DNA from: Hamiltosporidium tvaerminnensis FI-OER-3-3
Taxonomy: Eukaryota > Fungi > Microsporidia
NCBI GenBank assembly: GCA_022605425.2
Contig: JAKIMF020000005.1
Span: 930,001-994,000, forward strand
DNA: 64,000 nt
Direction of reading: 5' to 3'
Shown here: piece after piece, positions 1 to 12,261 of the stretch
Layout of the letters: every line of letters starts with the position of its first letter
How positions within the stretch are numbered: position 1 is the first letter of the stretch
Translations under genes and position numbers: made by a program
Notes under the pieces: generated by a model
The model's input: the letters and a program-made list of their open reading frames with translations, nothing else
Databases searched by the model: none
What the model was told of the DNA's origin: nothing

Positions 1-400
1 TATATTTAAAAGATATTTAAGCGCAAAGTTGCTTAAATAATGGTTCTATTTCATTCATAAAAAATTTTAAACGAAATGATATATTAATTACGGTAAATTC
101 GAATAATTATGCGATTTAAAATATTAAGATAATCCAGGATTATTCATTTAATTTTCAGAGAATATTTATATTGTTATGATTTATTTTGTCATTTAAAGAA
201 GATGACAGTAATTTGAAAAGATGTGCTCTTCGAGATTCTCACTTGCTAATCAGCAATCATTATCGGCTTCTCCCTTGTATGCCTCGCTTTTCAACGAACT
301 CATGATTGTTTTGGTTTTTTCTTTATAAATAGAAGTATCGAAATTGTTTTAAATTCTTTCTTTTTTATTGTTAGCTACTTTTCCTACTTAACTACTCATT

Positions 401-607
401 CCCTTCCTCTTTTACCTCTCGATGTCGAGTATGAACAAATAAAAATTTTCTATTTGTTTCTTATAATCTGTTGTAACGCGGGATTATAGGGGATCAGCCT
501 ATAGATCCGATATGGTTTTAATTCTACCAAAATGTCAACAATGATTTTCACACCAATTATAGGCCCTCGTTGCCACTAATGGTTAAAATCTGGTTATTTC
601 TCTCCAA
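401..607 (-). repeat. ~210-bp dispersed non-coding repeat, copy 1
   Basis: Blocks CCTCTTTTACCTCTC..TGAACAAAT..GGGATTATAGGGGAT..CCTATAGAT..TGGTTAT are colinear with 20907-21116 and 51745-51945; strand is arbitrary. Confidence 0.8.
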
Positions 608-976
608 CCTAGCGATTTTTCCAAAGAATATAATGCCGTGTCAATGTTTCTGATATTAATCATCTTTTGGACAAGAATTCATTTAATCGTGCTTATCAAA
701 AGTTTATAATACATAAATTTTCATAAATTGCTCCTTCAATTTCCAGTATTATTCATGTTGCCGGGTAATGTAAATATTTCTATAAATTTTAAAATTTTGT
801 CATATGCCATCGAGCATTTTCTTAATTGAACAGCATTATTACATCATCTTAAATTATTCAGATGAAAATAACAAATACAATGGGAATAACTAAGATATTA
901 TTTTCGAAACTAATATTTTGTACATTTCTATGTGTAAAAAGGAAGTGTAATATTTACCATTACCCTCCTTTTTATC

Positions 977-1270
977 ATGCAACGTACATTAGTTGGAATA
1001 ATTTCAGATGAAGATACAATAACAGGATTTTTATTAACAGGTTTGGAATTTACAAAAGAAAATCCAAATTTTATTGCAGTTTGTGATAAAACGACAGAAG
1101 AGGATTTAATTAAAAGCTTCCAAAATCTTGTTTCACGCGATGATATTTCAATAATATTTATTGGCGATTTTGCGTACAAAAAAATTTCAAAGACTATCAA
1201 AGAATATAAAGAAATGCTACCGTCAATTATGGAAATCCCTTCTAAACTTGGTGTTAATAAAGTTCATTGA
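977..1270 (+). CDS. VMA7: V-type proton ATPase subunit F
   Basis: GIISDEDTITGFLLTG, RDDISIIFI and PSIMEIPSK match the subunit F family; CCC motif upstream of the ATG. Confidence 0.95.
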   Translation: MQRTLVGIISDEDTITGFLLTGLEFTKENPNFIAVCDKTTEEDLIKSFQNLVSRDDISIIFIGDFAYKKISKTIKEYKEMLPSIMEIPSKLGVNKVH

Positions 1271-1644
1271 TTTTTTTAATTTTGTAAATTAGAATATTTT
1301 GATTCTTGATTTTTCTTAAGTAAAGAATGAAATTATAGATTTTTAATTCACTATTTATTTTTATCTAAATTTTGGTAATTTGGAATTTTTCGTTTTTCTT
1401 TATCAAAATCCGAATTTAGAATTTTTAATCCGACTATCAATTTTTATCCAAATTTTGGTATTTTTAATTTATGGTTCGAATCCTAGAGAACAGATATATT
1501 ATTTTCAGCAGAAATTTTGTAAAAATATGTGACATTATATTTCTACAACACAGGTCCTTTACAAAAAAAAATATAAATATACGAATTTTTTCGAATTTAT
1601 CATCACTTTCAAATTTCTGTTGGTAATAATCTATTGTATAATTT

Positions 1645-2600
1645 AGTACTGTCGCGAAGACGACGAACCACCTCGAAATGTTTTATTCCTTTGAAACAAA
1701 GAAGACAATAATAATGGTTTTTTGCTCAAAAATATGACTCTTCTGATTTGTTCTCAAGCCTTAGAAAACCAATAATAGAAAGTAAAACTAAATAAAAAAA
1801 ACAAATTAAAGTGTTTAATTGGTTCAAAAAATGGCACTAAATTTTGTAAAAATTGTTTCTAGAATGAGGTATGTGACATAGATAACGTTATAAATATATT
1901 TTTTTATTCTTTAAAGTAAAATTAAATGTTTTAATTTGTTCAGATTTTTTCTGAGAGTTTCACTAATATATAAAGAATTGAACAATATGATTAATACTTT
2001 TTGGCAATTCTTCTATGCTATTTATTCTTATTCTCAATAATAATTACATAAAAAAATTATTTTTTAAATAGCTTTGTTGCAACTTTATACATGCTTAAAT
2101 TAAAAGATTTTCCCTTAAAATTATTGAGAAGTTATACAACAAATAAAATAATAAAGAAAACACATCGTTAAAAAGAACAGTTTCTTCTGTGAAGAAAATG
2201 CTCCGTTTGAATAAATTTGTTTAAGAAAGAAGATAAGATGGAATAAAAATAGAATTAAAACGGAACAGACTTAATATAAAAGCCGAAATGAAGCGGTAAA
2301 AAAATGGAAAGCAATATATCTGAGAAGAGAAATATTATGCTAAAAAAATTACTTATCTTTTTCATAGGAAATGGCCTAAAAGCGGCTAATGATTCGGATA
2401 TGAAAGACTAAAAACATGCGAGAAACAGTTCTAATGATAATCTAAAATTATTATTGCAAAAATTAAGAATATATGCCTATACCGAGAATTTTATGATTGC
2501 AATCGACTTGTTTTTTCTTTGGTTTTTTAAATATAAGATAAAGTTAGTTTGGACAAGCTTAACGGCTAGTAGATACAATCAAACAATATTTTTGAAAACT
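1645..2600. repeat. Old diverged dispersed repeat (inverted copy at ~32700-33620)
   Basis: GACGACGAACCACCTCGAAATGTTTT..AATATGACTCTT..AAGATGGAA..ATATGAAAGA occur in the same order in the reverse complement of 32700-33620; boundaries approximate. Confidence 0.6.
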
Positions 2601-3639
2601 CATTTTCTTTTCTGTTGAAAAATCTTGAATAGTATTTTACTTTACAACAGATTAACAGAGTAATATACGACCAAATTTAACGTTTGTTGTTCTATTTAGG
2701 CCTCTCAGCCATTTTCCTTTTAACAGGTTAAGTTCTCAATCTAACACAAACCTTCCTTGTTTGAAAGAAAAATGGTGTAATAACGAAACAAAAGCAAACT
2801 CGATTCTTTGTCAATAAATTTCGAAATCCTAAGCCAAAAATAATATGGCTCATTTCAAATATTATTTGGCAAGGTGATTTCAAAAATGTGTAAATAAAAG
2901 TGGCAAAGGTATGTAATACACTGCGTATTCAGTACATAGTATTCAAGATACATGAGTCTATAGTACAAGAAACGACTTACTAATATTTGTAATTATAATA
3001 CTCATTTGTAACTACTTGAATATATTTAGTTAGTAAAAAAAGCAAAGCTATTTCTTTCAAGAAATGTCAGAGTAAAAACCTAAATTATTATGGCGTTCAA
3101 TATGCACATAAAATATTTCAATGGCTATATTTTCAATTATTTCCATTTTTATTCCATTTTTTAGAACATAAGATTGGCATCCCACGCCGATTTATTCTCA
3201 CCTTATTACATATAAAAAAATATAGTAATTTTTATTGCACGGAATAAAGCAACAGATTTCATTTAGTTAAAACTATTTCAAAATATCTAATGCTACTAAC
3301 GAATAGTTATTGCATCATAATGTGATTATTCGATTGTTATTTTGAATCTTTCAATGTCGTAATAAATAATCAATTCATTCATTTCAATTTGAATCAAACT
3401 ATTATATGGTAATAGAACTATAAATAATAGCTTTTTTGTTTAATTTCGTGGTTTCATATTAAACCTCATTTTATGTGTTTTATGGCTAAACATTATATTT
3501 TAAATATGCTCCTTTTTTATGGAATTCATAGTGTCGCTTGACTTCATCGGTATCAGATTGACTATGGTTCTATTTGGTTACGGCACAAACGAAATAAACT
3601 CTTAATAATGTTTTCGATTTGGTTCATTACTCTATCATG

Positions 3640-3970
3640 ATTTTATTCGGATTTCAAGATTCATCTTATATATTTAGTCGTAATTCCAACCTAGGCTATC
3701 ATTACTCAATGCTTTTAGACCAAATTATAACCATGACTGAGTACATTTAATAACAGCGTTGGTTTTTAACCCTAAAGTTTCAACAGCCAAAAGCACATTT
3801 CTATCGTTTTTAATTTCTTTTCTAGAATATAATATCGGGTTTATAGTCCAAATTTTGCTGTTAGTTCTTCAAACAATCCATTGGTATAGAAGAATATTAA
3901 TTTTCAAGAATTACTTGGGATTACTCCTTATTCGTTTTGAAGACTTAAATTTATATTTATTTAGAAAAAA
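3640..3970 (-). mobile_element. Decayed fragment of the R4/Dong-like retrotransposon
   Basis: CTCCTTATTCGTTTTGAAGACTTAAATTTATATTTATTTAGAA matches ~28716-28758; left boundary uncertain. Confidence 0.6.
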
Positions 3971-4399
3971 TAAATCTGATGAAAAATGCTTTTTTATGGA
4001 ATATATGAATATGAAGTTAAAGAGACCTCATTTACTGATTCTATGCTAAAAGTAGAATTCAAACAACAAAAAAACAAATAAATATCACTTTCAAACCTTG
4101 AGCATAATTTCCCGGTGTCAAAAAAAAGATTTTTTCATTTAATTTTAGACTGAAATGGTTTTCTGAAAGAATTATTTTCAAAGAAAGTACTCAATTATAT
4201 TAAATTTAAATGAAAGTGGGAAATTACGAAAACCGATATATAAATACCAAAGGAAAGCTAATTTTCTTAGCATTTAGTATCTTGAAAAAAGATTAATCTC
4301 TACTATATCAAAATTGTATTTTCATTTCCCCTAAAGTAATTATAAAAAAATTTCTTTATTGGTTGATCAAGCATTTCTTTGAATAAATTAATAAATATG

Positions 4400-5475
4400 A
4401 ATTTAGAGAAGCCTCAACTTGCAAAATTATAACGAAATAAAAAAGCGAAGGCTTCACAAAAAGTTATACAATGCAAGAAATAATGAGCTTATATGTGTTA
4501 GTGATTCTTCCGGATGTCTAAGGAAAGGGACCATTAGGCCAAGAAATGGAGCAATGTTCTGCTATATCCAGGATGGAAATGCGCCTCAGGTAGAAAGTAT
4601 TTACCAATCCTGTAATAAATCTAGTAAAACGTAGATCATTAATTGATTAGATGTGAGAAATGCTCGGTCTTGATTATAATAGACGGCATAAGGGTGTGGT
4701 TAGATGGCTGCACTTTTCTCTTCTAAATCGATATACAGTTAAGCTCATGAAATGATTAGAAACCACTCAGTTCAAGGAATACCTGAAAATGAGCATGCAG
4801 AGATATAAGGGGACACCAGGATAAATACCGAGTCAAAATTCGGAATAATAAAACTTACATGTTTATTTAGATAAGAGTAAAAAAAAATTACACATATCGA
4901 AGTAGGAATTACTTCCCAAATCTACCTCAAGTTGTTTAAACTGAAAAAATTAGGAAGCATGACCTAATAGCAAATGAGATAGGGCTTATTTATAAGTTTA
5001 GGGCCGAGATAATCTCTGTGTGATCACCCGGGATGGTATTGTGGCAAAACACCATAAATATCTCCCTTAAAAGGAAAGCAAATACCCATAAATTTTAAGA
5101 GATATATTCGACCTTTGTACTTAAGAAGACGGTCGAAACAATTTCCTTTGACAGACGAAAAAGAATTGAGTCGGAACCAAATGCGAAGAGAGCCGGAAGA
5201 GAGCGTCGGTGGATGTTTTGAAGAGAGCTTAAAAGCACCAGCAACTAAAATCAACTTTAAAATAAGCGAGCCATGATTAAGAATGTGTTAACAGTTCTAA
5301 AAAATAAAATTATCAGTTCATTATTTCAGCTATAGAACCAGACTAGAGGAATCGACAATAAGCATAATGAAAATTCGAATTTAGGAGAAGAAAATATAGG
5401 CGTTAAAGAGGCAGAATGAAATGTAAAAAAAGTGTGGAAACCATTTTACTCCAGAAATTTATTTAATAGAAAATT
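4400..5475 (+). mobile_element. 5'-truncated, frameshifted copy of the R4/Dong-like retrotransposon (3' ~1.1 kb)
   Basis: Peptide LHKKLYNARNNELICVSDSS..KGTIRPRN.AMFCYIQD is colinear with the element at 28-31.8 kb through the endonuclease and the CCAGAAATTTATTTAATA 3' end; many stops and indels. Confidence 0.9.
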
Positions 5476-6840
5476 TAATTAATTTTTTTTAGCTTTTTAT
5501 TTCATATCTAAAAACCATTTATAATATATTAAATTTAGTATGATCTAATGTATTTATGAACGAGACAATATTTATAATTTTTTTGTCCTTAAATTATTTT
5601 TGTAATCAAACTTTTTTACTTACTAAGTAATTTTTATTGTGTTTTCTATACAGCCTATTACATCTATTTAATCTTAATTATGTCTAAGATAATATTCACT
5701 ACATTAAAACGGAAATTTGGCAGAATAAAATATCAGTATATTTCTTCTTAATCAGCTGTGGATTCAACGGGGTTTTCACATTATAAAAATTATTTTTGAC
5801 GTTTATTATTTACTCCAAAAAGTATAAAAACTAAAACATTCTATGGAATATACACGAAGTATGTAATTAAGCTAGATTATTTTTTGATTTTTATTTATAA
5901 TATATATTTTGCATTTAATATAGAAACTTTTATAACTATTAAACGAAGCAAAAATTAGTTATTAAAATAAGTTTAAATATACAATAATATTTATTACATA
6001 TTAGAAGCCTTTAACAATCTTAAATTTATAATCTTAAACGAGTTAAAAAAATATTTACAGAAACAAAAAATTGTACCATGGCTCTGTTTTCATTTATATT
6101 TGATAAAAAAAACAGGCTTTCTCTGCTATTTAGACTTTTGAACTGGGTGATTATATTAGATATTCTTCTCGTCAATGTTCTTATGATTGCAAAATCCTAT
6201 ATTTCAAACCTCAGGATCAATATTTATAGATAATTAAATATAATTAAATTTAAGGCTATAAACAATATAAAAACATACATATATCGTCAATTGAACATTT
6301 ATCACATCTTTTTAGAAATAATTTTTTATTTATAACTAATAAAACGTGCTTTTTAAGATAGAAAATTAGATAATAGTACAAATCATAGAATCATAGCCTT
6401 TATTTTAGAGAAACTGAACTATATGTATTTCAAGTATTTATACTTCCTTCTAAATCTAGAAAAAGGAATTTGTTTGTGAGATTTCTACTGTAATTATAAA
6501 ATTATAATTTACTTCTCTCCAAATTATTCTATCAGGATACCCTTTATTTTTAAATTTTAATAGTTACATTTTTTTATATTGCTTTGGAATGTAAAAGACA
6601 ATAATTTTATTTTGCAAGCTTAAAAGAAATTTATAACAAAGTAATATTTTTTTAATGTTTGACTATTAAGTCAAAATAAAAATAACGATGATACGTTAAG
6701 AAATATAAAAGTTTCAAAGAATTTGTTTTCGTCTTACATATTTTTAACAAGTATTTAACTTTTCGTGGCATTTTTTTAAATAAACTTTGTACAAATTAAA
6801 TTTTAATTTCACTTTAGTTTTTACAAATTTTTTAGCCCAA

Positions 6841-7548
6841 ATGCCAAGATGTATAAACTGTGACACAAAGACTGAAAAACTTTTATCTGTGGATAAAAAC
6901 AGAACATATATAACTACATGCGTAAGTTTTTTTTACTAATAGTTAAAATGCAATCAAATAACAGATAAATATTTGGAATACAGTTGTATATTTGGAATAA
7001 TAGAATTATTACTGCTTAAAAGAGAAATTTTTATTCATTATATCTCTAATTCGGATACATATAAGAATAGAAATAAATATGTTTTATTAGTAATTTTTTT
7101 TGCTGCTGAACTAATAAAAAACCATGAATATTCCCGTTTTTTCGGGATTGATAAAAAATATATTACAACATTTTTTTATCAAACATTGGAAGTTTTTATT
7201 CAGAATATTATATTTTTTACTATTATTTTAGTTAGTTTAAGAAAAAAAACCGATATAAAATCTGAAAAAATAATTGACACAATCATAATTGGAAATTTTT
7301 ATAGCCTATTTATAATAATATCTAAAATATGGAATTTTACGAATCAGGAATATTTTATTGTAATTGATTTTCTTTGTTTTATTACTTCGTCTACTGCAAT
7401 ATCTGCAGTATGCGGTGTAAAAATATATTATATTTATTTGCTGGTTTTTGTGGGTAAATTATTGTCAAAAATAGTTTGTTCGGGTTTTGTGGATATCTTG
7501 TTTTTTATATTCATAAAAAGAATAATCGATTCTTCGAATAAAATGTAA
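6841..7548 (+). CDS. ARV1: ARV1 sterol/lipid homeostasis protein; two exons 6841-6921 and 6943-7548
   Basis: Spliced N-terminus MPRCINC..ITTC|LKCNQITDKYLEY restores the ARV1 CxxC..CxxC..DKY.EY motif, followed by TM helices; CCC 2 nt before the ATG. Confidence 0.88.
6922..6942 (+). other. 21-nt spliceosomal intron
   Basis: GTAAGT-TTTTTTT-ACTAAT-AG; contains in-frame TAA TAG; removal joins the two halves of a CxxC motif. Confidence 0.85.
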
Positions 7549-8489
7549 ACTTCTTCGTTTTTTATTGCTATGTCTCGTACTTTTTTGTTACAATCTGTCT
7601 TTATTTTGCAAATACTACTAATACCATCTTGTAATCTATTAAGATTTGTCAAATAAATTACATCTTTTTCAGATTCAGAGCCAATTATCATCGTATCTGC
7701 AAAAATTTCAAATTTTTTTGTTAAAAATTTACTTTCGAAATAAACCAATTGATTTATAAATGAAGAATATGAACATTTTGGATGATCGTAAATTTCTACA
7801 GATAAATATGGACGTACTATCGAAATTCTATTGTTTACAGATTTGGAAACTATCAGTTTACCATAGAATTTCACACATGTTATATAAGATCTATGGATAT
7901 TAGACGTGGAATATATAGGAAAATAGCACGTTTCGATTAAATCCCTTCGATTTTCGATATCAGGTATTTTCCACATCTTAACTTGGCAATCCGTTCCACT
8001 ACTGAGGAGGTATTGTCCACATAAACTTATATCCATACTCAAAACAAAATCTTTATGTCCAGCTGCACCTCCAAATATAGCCATTAACTTTTTGGTTTCG
8101 CCGTTCCACATTCTAATTGAATTATCTTCACTAGCACTGAAAATTGTATTCTTATATTTAAAATGTGACTTTATATCCGTAATTGCACCACCGTGCCCAC
8201 ACAAATATCCTTCAAATGTACAAGTATTTAAATTTAAAAATTTTAAAACACCTCTAGACCCACCAACTACAATAATACACCCTTTCTTTAATTCAGCAAA
8301 TTCACAGCACATATAGTTCTCTAGCTTATCTTCATCTAAATGTCTTTGTATTAATTCTAAACTGCCATTACTGGATGAAGCTACTATTACTGATCGTTTA
8401 CCTATTAAACATATTATATTTAAAGATGGATGTATTTTAATACGTGTAAGATCCGTATCTGGTATAAATAGTTTTGCTTTTGTAAGCAT
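7434..8489 (-). CDS. EED: Polycomb PRC2 WD40 subunit, EED/Esc-like
   Basis: GHGGAITDIK, SASEDNSIRMWN, AIFGGAAGHKDFVLSMD, FPIYSTSNIHRSYITCVKFYG.LIVSKS align to EED signature segments (AIFGGVEGHRDEVLSAD; IHRNYVDCVRW.G.LILSKS). Confidence 0.88.
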   Translation of the reverse strand: MLTKAKLFIPDTDLTRIKIHPSLNIICLIGKRSVIVASSSNGSLELIQRHLDEDKLENYMCCEFAELKKGCIIVVGGSRGVLKFLNLNTCTFEGYLCGHGGAITDIKSHFKYKNTIFSASEDNSIRMWNGETKKLMAIFGGAAGHKDFVLSMDISLCGQYLLSSGTDCQVKMWKIPDIENRRDLIETCYFPIYSTSNIHRSYITCVKFYGKLIVSKSVNNRISIVRPYLSVEIYDHPKCSYSSFINQLVYFESKFLTKKFEIFADTMIIGSESEKDVIYLTNLNRLQDGISSICKIKTDCNKKVRDIAIKNEEVYILFEESIILFMNIKNKISTKPEQTIFDNNLPTKTSK

Positions 8490-8853
8490 TTAATTTTCTT
8501 GGGGACGAGGACAAAACAACCAAAAAAATATATTTTTAAAAAAAATTGCACTTAAATTAATTTATTAGTCGACATAATTACAAAATATTTGATATTTTGC
8601 TCATTTGAAAAATGTAGATTTATCAGTAAATTCAAGAAATAATGTCTGTTTTAAAATTTCCAGATCACTATTTTTAAAGAATATATTATAGATTGATATG
8701 ATTTTTAACAACATTTTTTATACTCAAATAAATTCATATATAAATTTGTAAAGAAAAATTACGACTGTATTTTAAATTGTTCAAATTAAAATAAAGATAT
8801 CATTAGAAAAACAGGATAGAAATATATATTTTAGCGAATATTTTATAATTTAA

Positions 8854-11163
8854 CTATGTAAATTCTTCGTACCTTATACCCAATTCCTCGAAGATTCTAT
8901 TTTTTGAAACCATCAAATTTTTATTTTCGCTCGTTTCCATCCAATAAAAAGTCTTGAAACAAAACATGATATCTGTGGTAATCTTAAAATTATAAATTTG
9001 TAATTTTATAAGGAATTTGAGTTTTGAAATGAACTGTAAATCAAAAATTGAAATTACAATGTCTGGAAGTCCTAAATCTCTTAACGAATACATGTTATTT
9101 GTATTAAATAATTCAGCAAATAATATCTCGGAAATTTTACAAGTTCTTGTAAAACGTAAAACGTGAATATTCGTACATTTTTTTAATGCATCTTTATCTT
9201 TTTTGCCGATTTTTACTCCATCAAACGTTAATTTTATAAGACTATCAAAATTTTTATCAAAAAATATCTTATGAATAGTACCATTCGGATAGCAAAGACC
9301 TAATTCGAATTCTATAATATTTGGAAATATCTGGAAGAACGGTATGTCATTACCACAGTTGTAGTTAGATGAATATTTCAGGGACAATAAATTACCTAGA
9401 TTCATTTTTATATTATAAGGATTTGATATGAAAGGATTAGTATTTTTCGTCAGCGAAATAATTTCCAACGTTCTCAAACATTCCAAGGAATTCAAAAAAT
9501 TTGAAAAACAAATATGATCTTCAATAACAGAATTTCTAAAATAAAGACTTTCAATTTTTTTGTTCTCATTAAATATTGCTTCATCTTTTTGATAACAAAT
9601 CCTGGATATATAAAAAATCAGTGTTTTTAGAGAAGGAAATAATAAAATTTTTGACAAAAAAATACTGTTGACTGTCGAATTAACGATTCGCATGCTTAGT
9701 ATATTATTGAGTATTTCAGATTCGCGCAAGTTAAAATCTTTAATATGCATATTGGTAAAGCTTATTTCTATATTCTTAAATTCCTTAAAGTTCATACTAT
9801 AAAAATTGAAAGCTAGAAACAAATCAGATAATTTCATAGGAATAAACATTTGATGTAAACCTTCTAGACTTGATAATTCTTCTATTTTACTTTCGTCGTA
9901 ATATGATTCCAATATAATTTGCTTTTTTTGCTCGTAACAGGTAACTCTCTTATCGACCACAAAAAAATTCGATTTATTTTCAATATACATCGTTTCTGAA
10001 AACTTTGAAATAATATTGCGAAGAGATGGATTTAAATCCGAATCATAATGATACGATTTGAACTTATCTTTACCATTAATAAAATTTAATCTTTCAAAAT
10101 AGAACGTTTTCGACCACGAAATAATGTTTTGTGTAGTAAAATTGCAATTAAGTATATTAATTGTTTTTATGTTTCTTAAACTGTGAATTCTGAGAACTTG
10201 AATCAACACATCTACATTTAAACATCTAAGTAAAAATATTTCATTGGTACCTTCAAACAATGAAAAATTAAAAAAATAATTGTGTTTGGCTGTACAAAAT
10301 ATTTTGTTAAAGAATATTCGTTTAAAAGTATGAATACGAAAGAAATATGCAATATGACGAAGAAATTCAACCTCTTTTGTACAGTTTTTTTGAATTTCAT
10401 ATATAATATCAGTATCAAGATATAAATAATCTTTATTTGGATTTATGAAATCAAAATTAAAGTCATCTAATAAAGTCTTCACCAAGGAATTATCATCAAT
10501 TTTGTTAAGTGTTGCTTCGCCAATTCTATATAATCTAAGTAATTCTACAATAGATATTTTTGATATAAAGCTAGAAAATATATTTTTATTTGCCATTGTA
10601 GATGCATAATCTCTCTTTTCAAAAAACTTCGGATTAAACACAATAGAAATCCACAAAATTCGTATAAATTCTTTGAGAGAATTGTTTTTTTTAAATTTAA
10701 AAATATCTATAATTCCAAATATCTTTAGATAGTTACCTTCATTCATTTTATCAATAAAAACAGGAAAACCCACTACTAATTTATAAAAATATTCAAAGTC
10801 ATCGTATTTAAGTAGTCTAGTATTTATATATATGTTATTATGCTGATTTTCTTCAATTTTTTCTTCATTAATAAACTTTAAGAAGAAATTATCTAAATCA
10901 ATAATAAATGTTCTTAATATTTTGATGTTTGCATCGACAATAAATGTTTTTGGTTTAACGCGTAGAAAATCAAAACATATATCTGAATATATGCAATTAC
11001 TTAGTTCATTCTTTTCTGAAACACTTTCAACATTCTCAAAAAAATTCATAGCAATTGTTCTTTGTGTAAATATAATTCTAAAGGTTACAAAAATAAAGAA
11101 TGACCAAAACCCAACTTTTTTATTTCGATAAGTTTTTCCTAGATGTGTATTGCACATAAACAT
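8854..11163 (-). CDS. Lineage-specific LRR-like protein, possibly secreted
   Basis: 769-aa ORF; N-terminal hydrophobic stretch; C-terminal LxxLxL-type repeats; same layout as 52289-54667. Confidence 0.7.
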   Translation of the reverse strand: MFMCNTHLGKTYRNKKVGFWSFFIFVTFRIIFTQRTIAMNFFENVESVSEKNELSNCIYSDICFDFLRVKPKTFIVDANIKILRTFIIDLDNFFLKFINEEKIEENQHNNIYINTRLLKYDDFEYFYKLVVGFPVFIDKMNEGNYLKIFGIIDIFKFKKNNSLKEFIRILWISIVFNPKFFEKRDYASTMANKNIFSSFISKISIVELLRLYRIGEATLNKIDDNSLVKTLLDDFNFDFINPNKDYLYLDTDIIYEIQKNCTKEVEFLRHIAYFFRIHTFKRIFFNKIFCTAKHNYFFNFSLFEGTNEIFLLRCLNVDVLIQVLRIHSLRNIKTINILNCNFTTQNIISWSKTFYFERLNFINGKDKFKSYHYDSDLNPSLRNIISKFSETMYIENKSNFFVVDKRVTCYEQKKQIILESYYDESKIEELSSLEGLHQMFIPMKLSDLFLAFNFYSMNFKEFKNIEISFTNMHIKDFNLRESEILNNILSMRIVNSTVNSIFLSKILLFPSLKTLIFYISRICYQKDEAIFNENKKIESLYFRNSVIEDHICFSNFLNSLECLRTLEIISLTKNTNPFISNPYNIKMNLGNLLSLKYSSNYNCGNDIPFFQIFPNIIEFELGLCYPNGTIHKIFFDKNFDSLIKLTFDGVKIGKKDKDALKKCTNIHVLRFTRTCKISEILFAELFNTNNMYSLRDLGLPDIVISIFDLQFISKLKFLIKLQIYNFKITTDIMFCFKTFYWMETSENKNLMVSKNRIFEELGIRYEEFT

Positions 11164-12261
11164 ATTCCAGATAATGATTATTTAGATTTTAATTAATTAT
11201 AAAATTACGCGGAAATCTAATTAATGATAAAAATAAAAATGTATCTGATTAAAAAAAATCCTTTCATTTACAATATGTAAATATATAAATGATGCGAACT
11301 TTAAAATCTTTTATGATCCAATAGATTATAATTCATAAAGAACTCGTATGTCTGAACCAAAAAGATCTTAAATTTAAGAACTTCAAAATATAAAAAAGAG
11401 AGTTAGAATAATATATTCACATTTGCTTAAATTTATTTTTGATTATATCTGCGAATAATTACAATAAACGGAGTTTTTATCTCCTTAAAGCTAAGCAAAC
11501 AATTTATAAGTAAACATAAATTTAACAGTTAGAATTCTAAAACTATATTAAAATAATTTTTTTCCTTTTTTTACGAAAAAGGTATTTTCAATACCATTAT
11601 ACAACACTATTCAGAAATAATATATGCTTAAGAACAAATAATATTTCAAATCTAAATGTACTTGAATTTGATGGCATTATAATTCTAGCCTAGATATGTT
11701 AACTTCCGCATTTTTTTTTAATTAATCTTAATACTTGTCATAAATTCTGCCTTTTTATATTAAATGATACTATTTTAAAATTTTAATTTTGATGTATTGA
11801 TTTTAAAGCTTTTTTGCGTGCTTTTATAGAATAAAATATTCCTATTAGGACAGTGGATTCATTTTTTTTGCTTAAATATTTTTTAATTCGATATTTACAT
11901 ACACATTCTTTGCTGGATAATACATAAAGTGAAAATAAATATAAAGAGAGAAGATTTACCTTTTTTCCGAATTATGCTTATGACAGCGTTCTTTCTATTC
12001 TACAGATTAAGAATGTAAAATATAAAAAGCGTTGATACAAAAGAAGTTTTTTACATTATTGCAGGAACAGGAAATTTGATTGCAAATTAGAAATGTGAAA
12101 TAGAGCGCGTGGCTTCTAAAAAATTAAATAACTCGATTTCTACTATAAAAAATACCTCTAATTAAAATTACTTTTAAAGAATTCAAAGATAAATATAAAC
12201 CTGTCTAATAAAGTAAAGAACCTAGCAACACATTAAAACCACTAGATACATCATACATTTT

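Noticed and set aside
610-830. Possible Ty3/gypsy integrase remnant on the minus strand (YWKLKEQF, LEKxA-like)
   Set aside because: Too few motif residues to support by eye
928-1200. 90-aa minus-strand ORF
   Set aside because: Antisense shadow of VMA7
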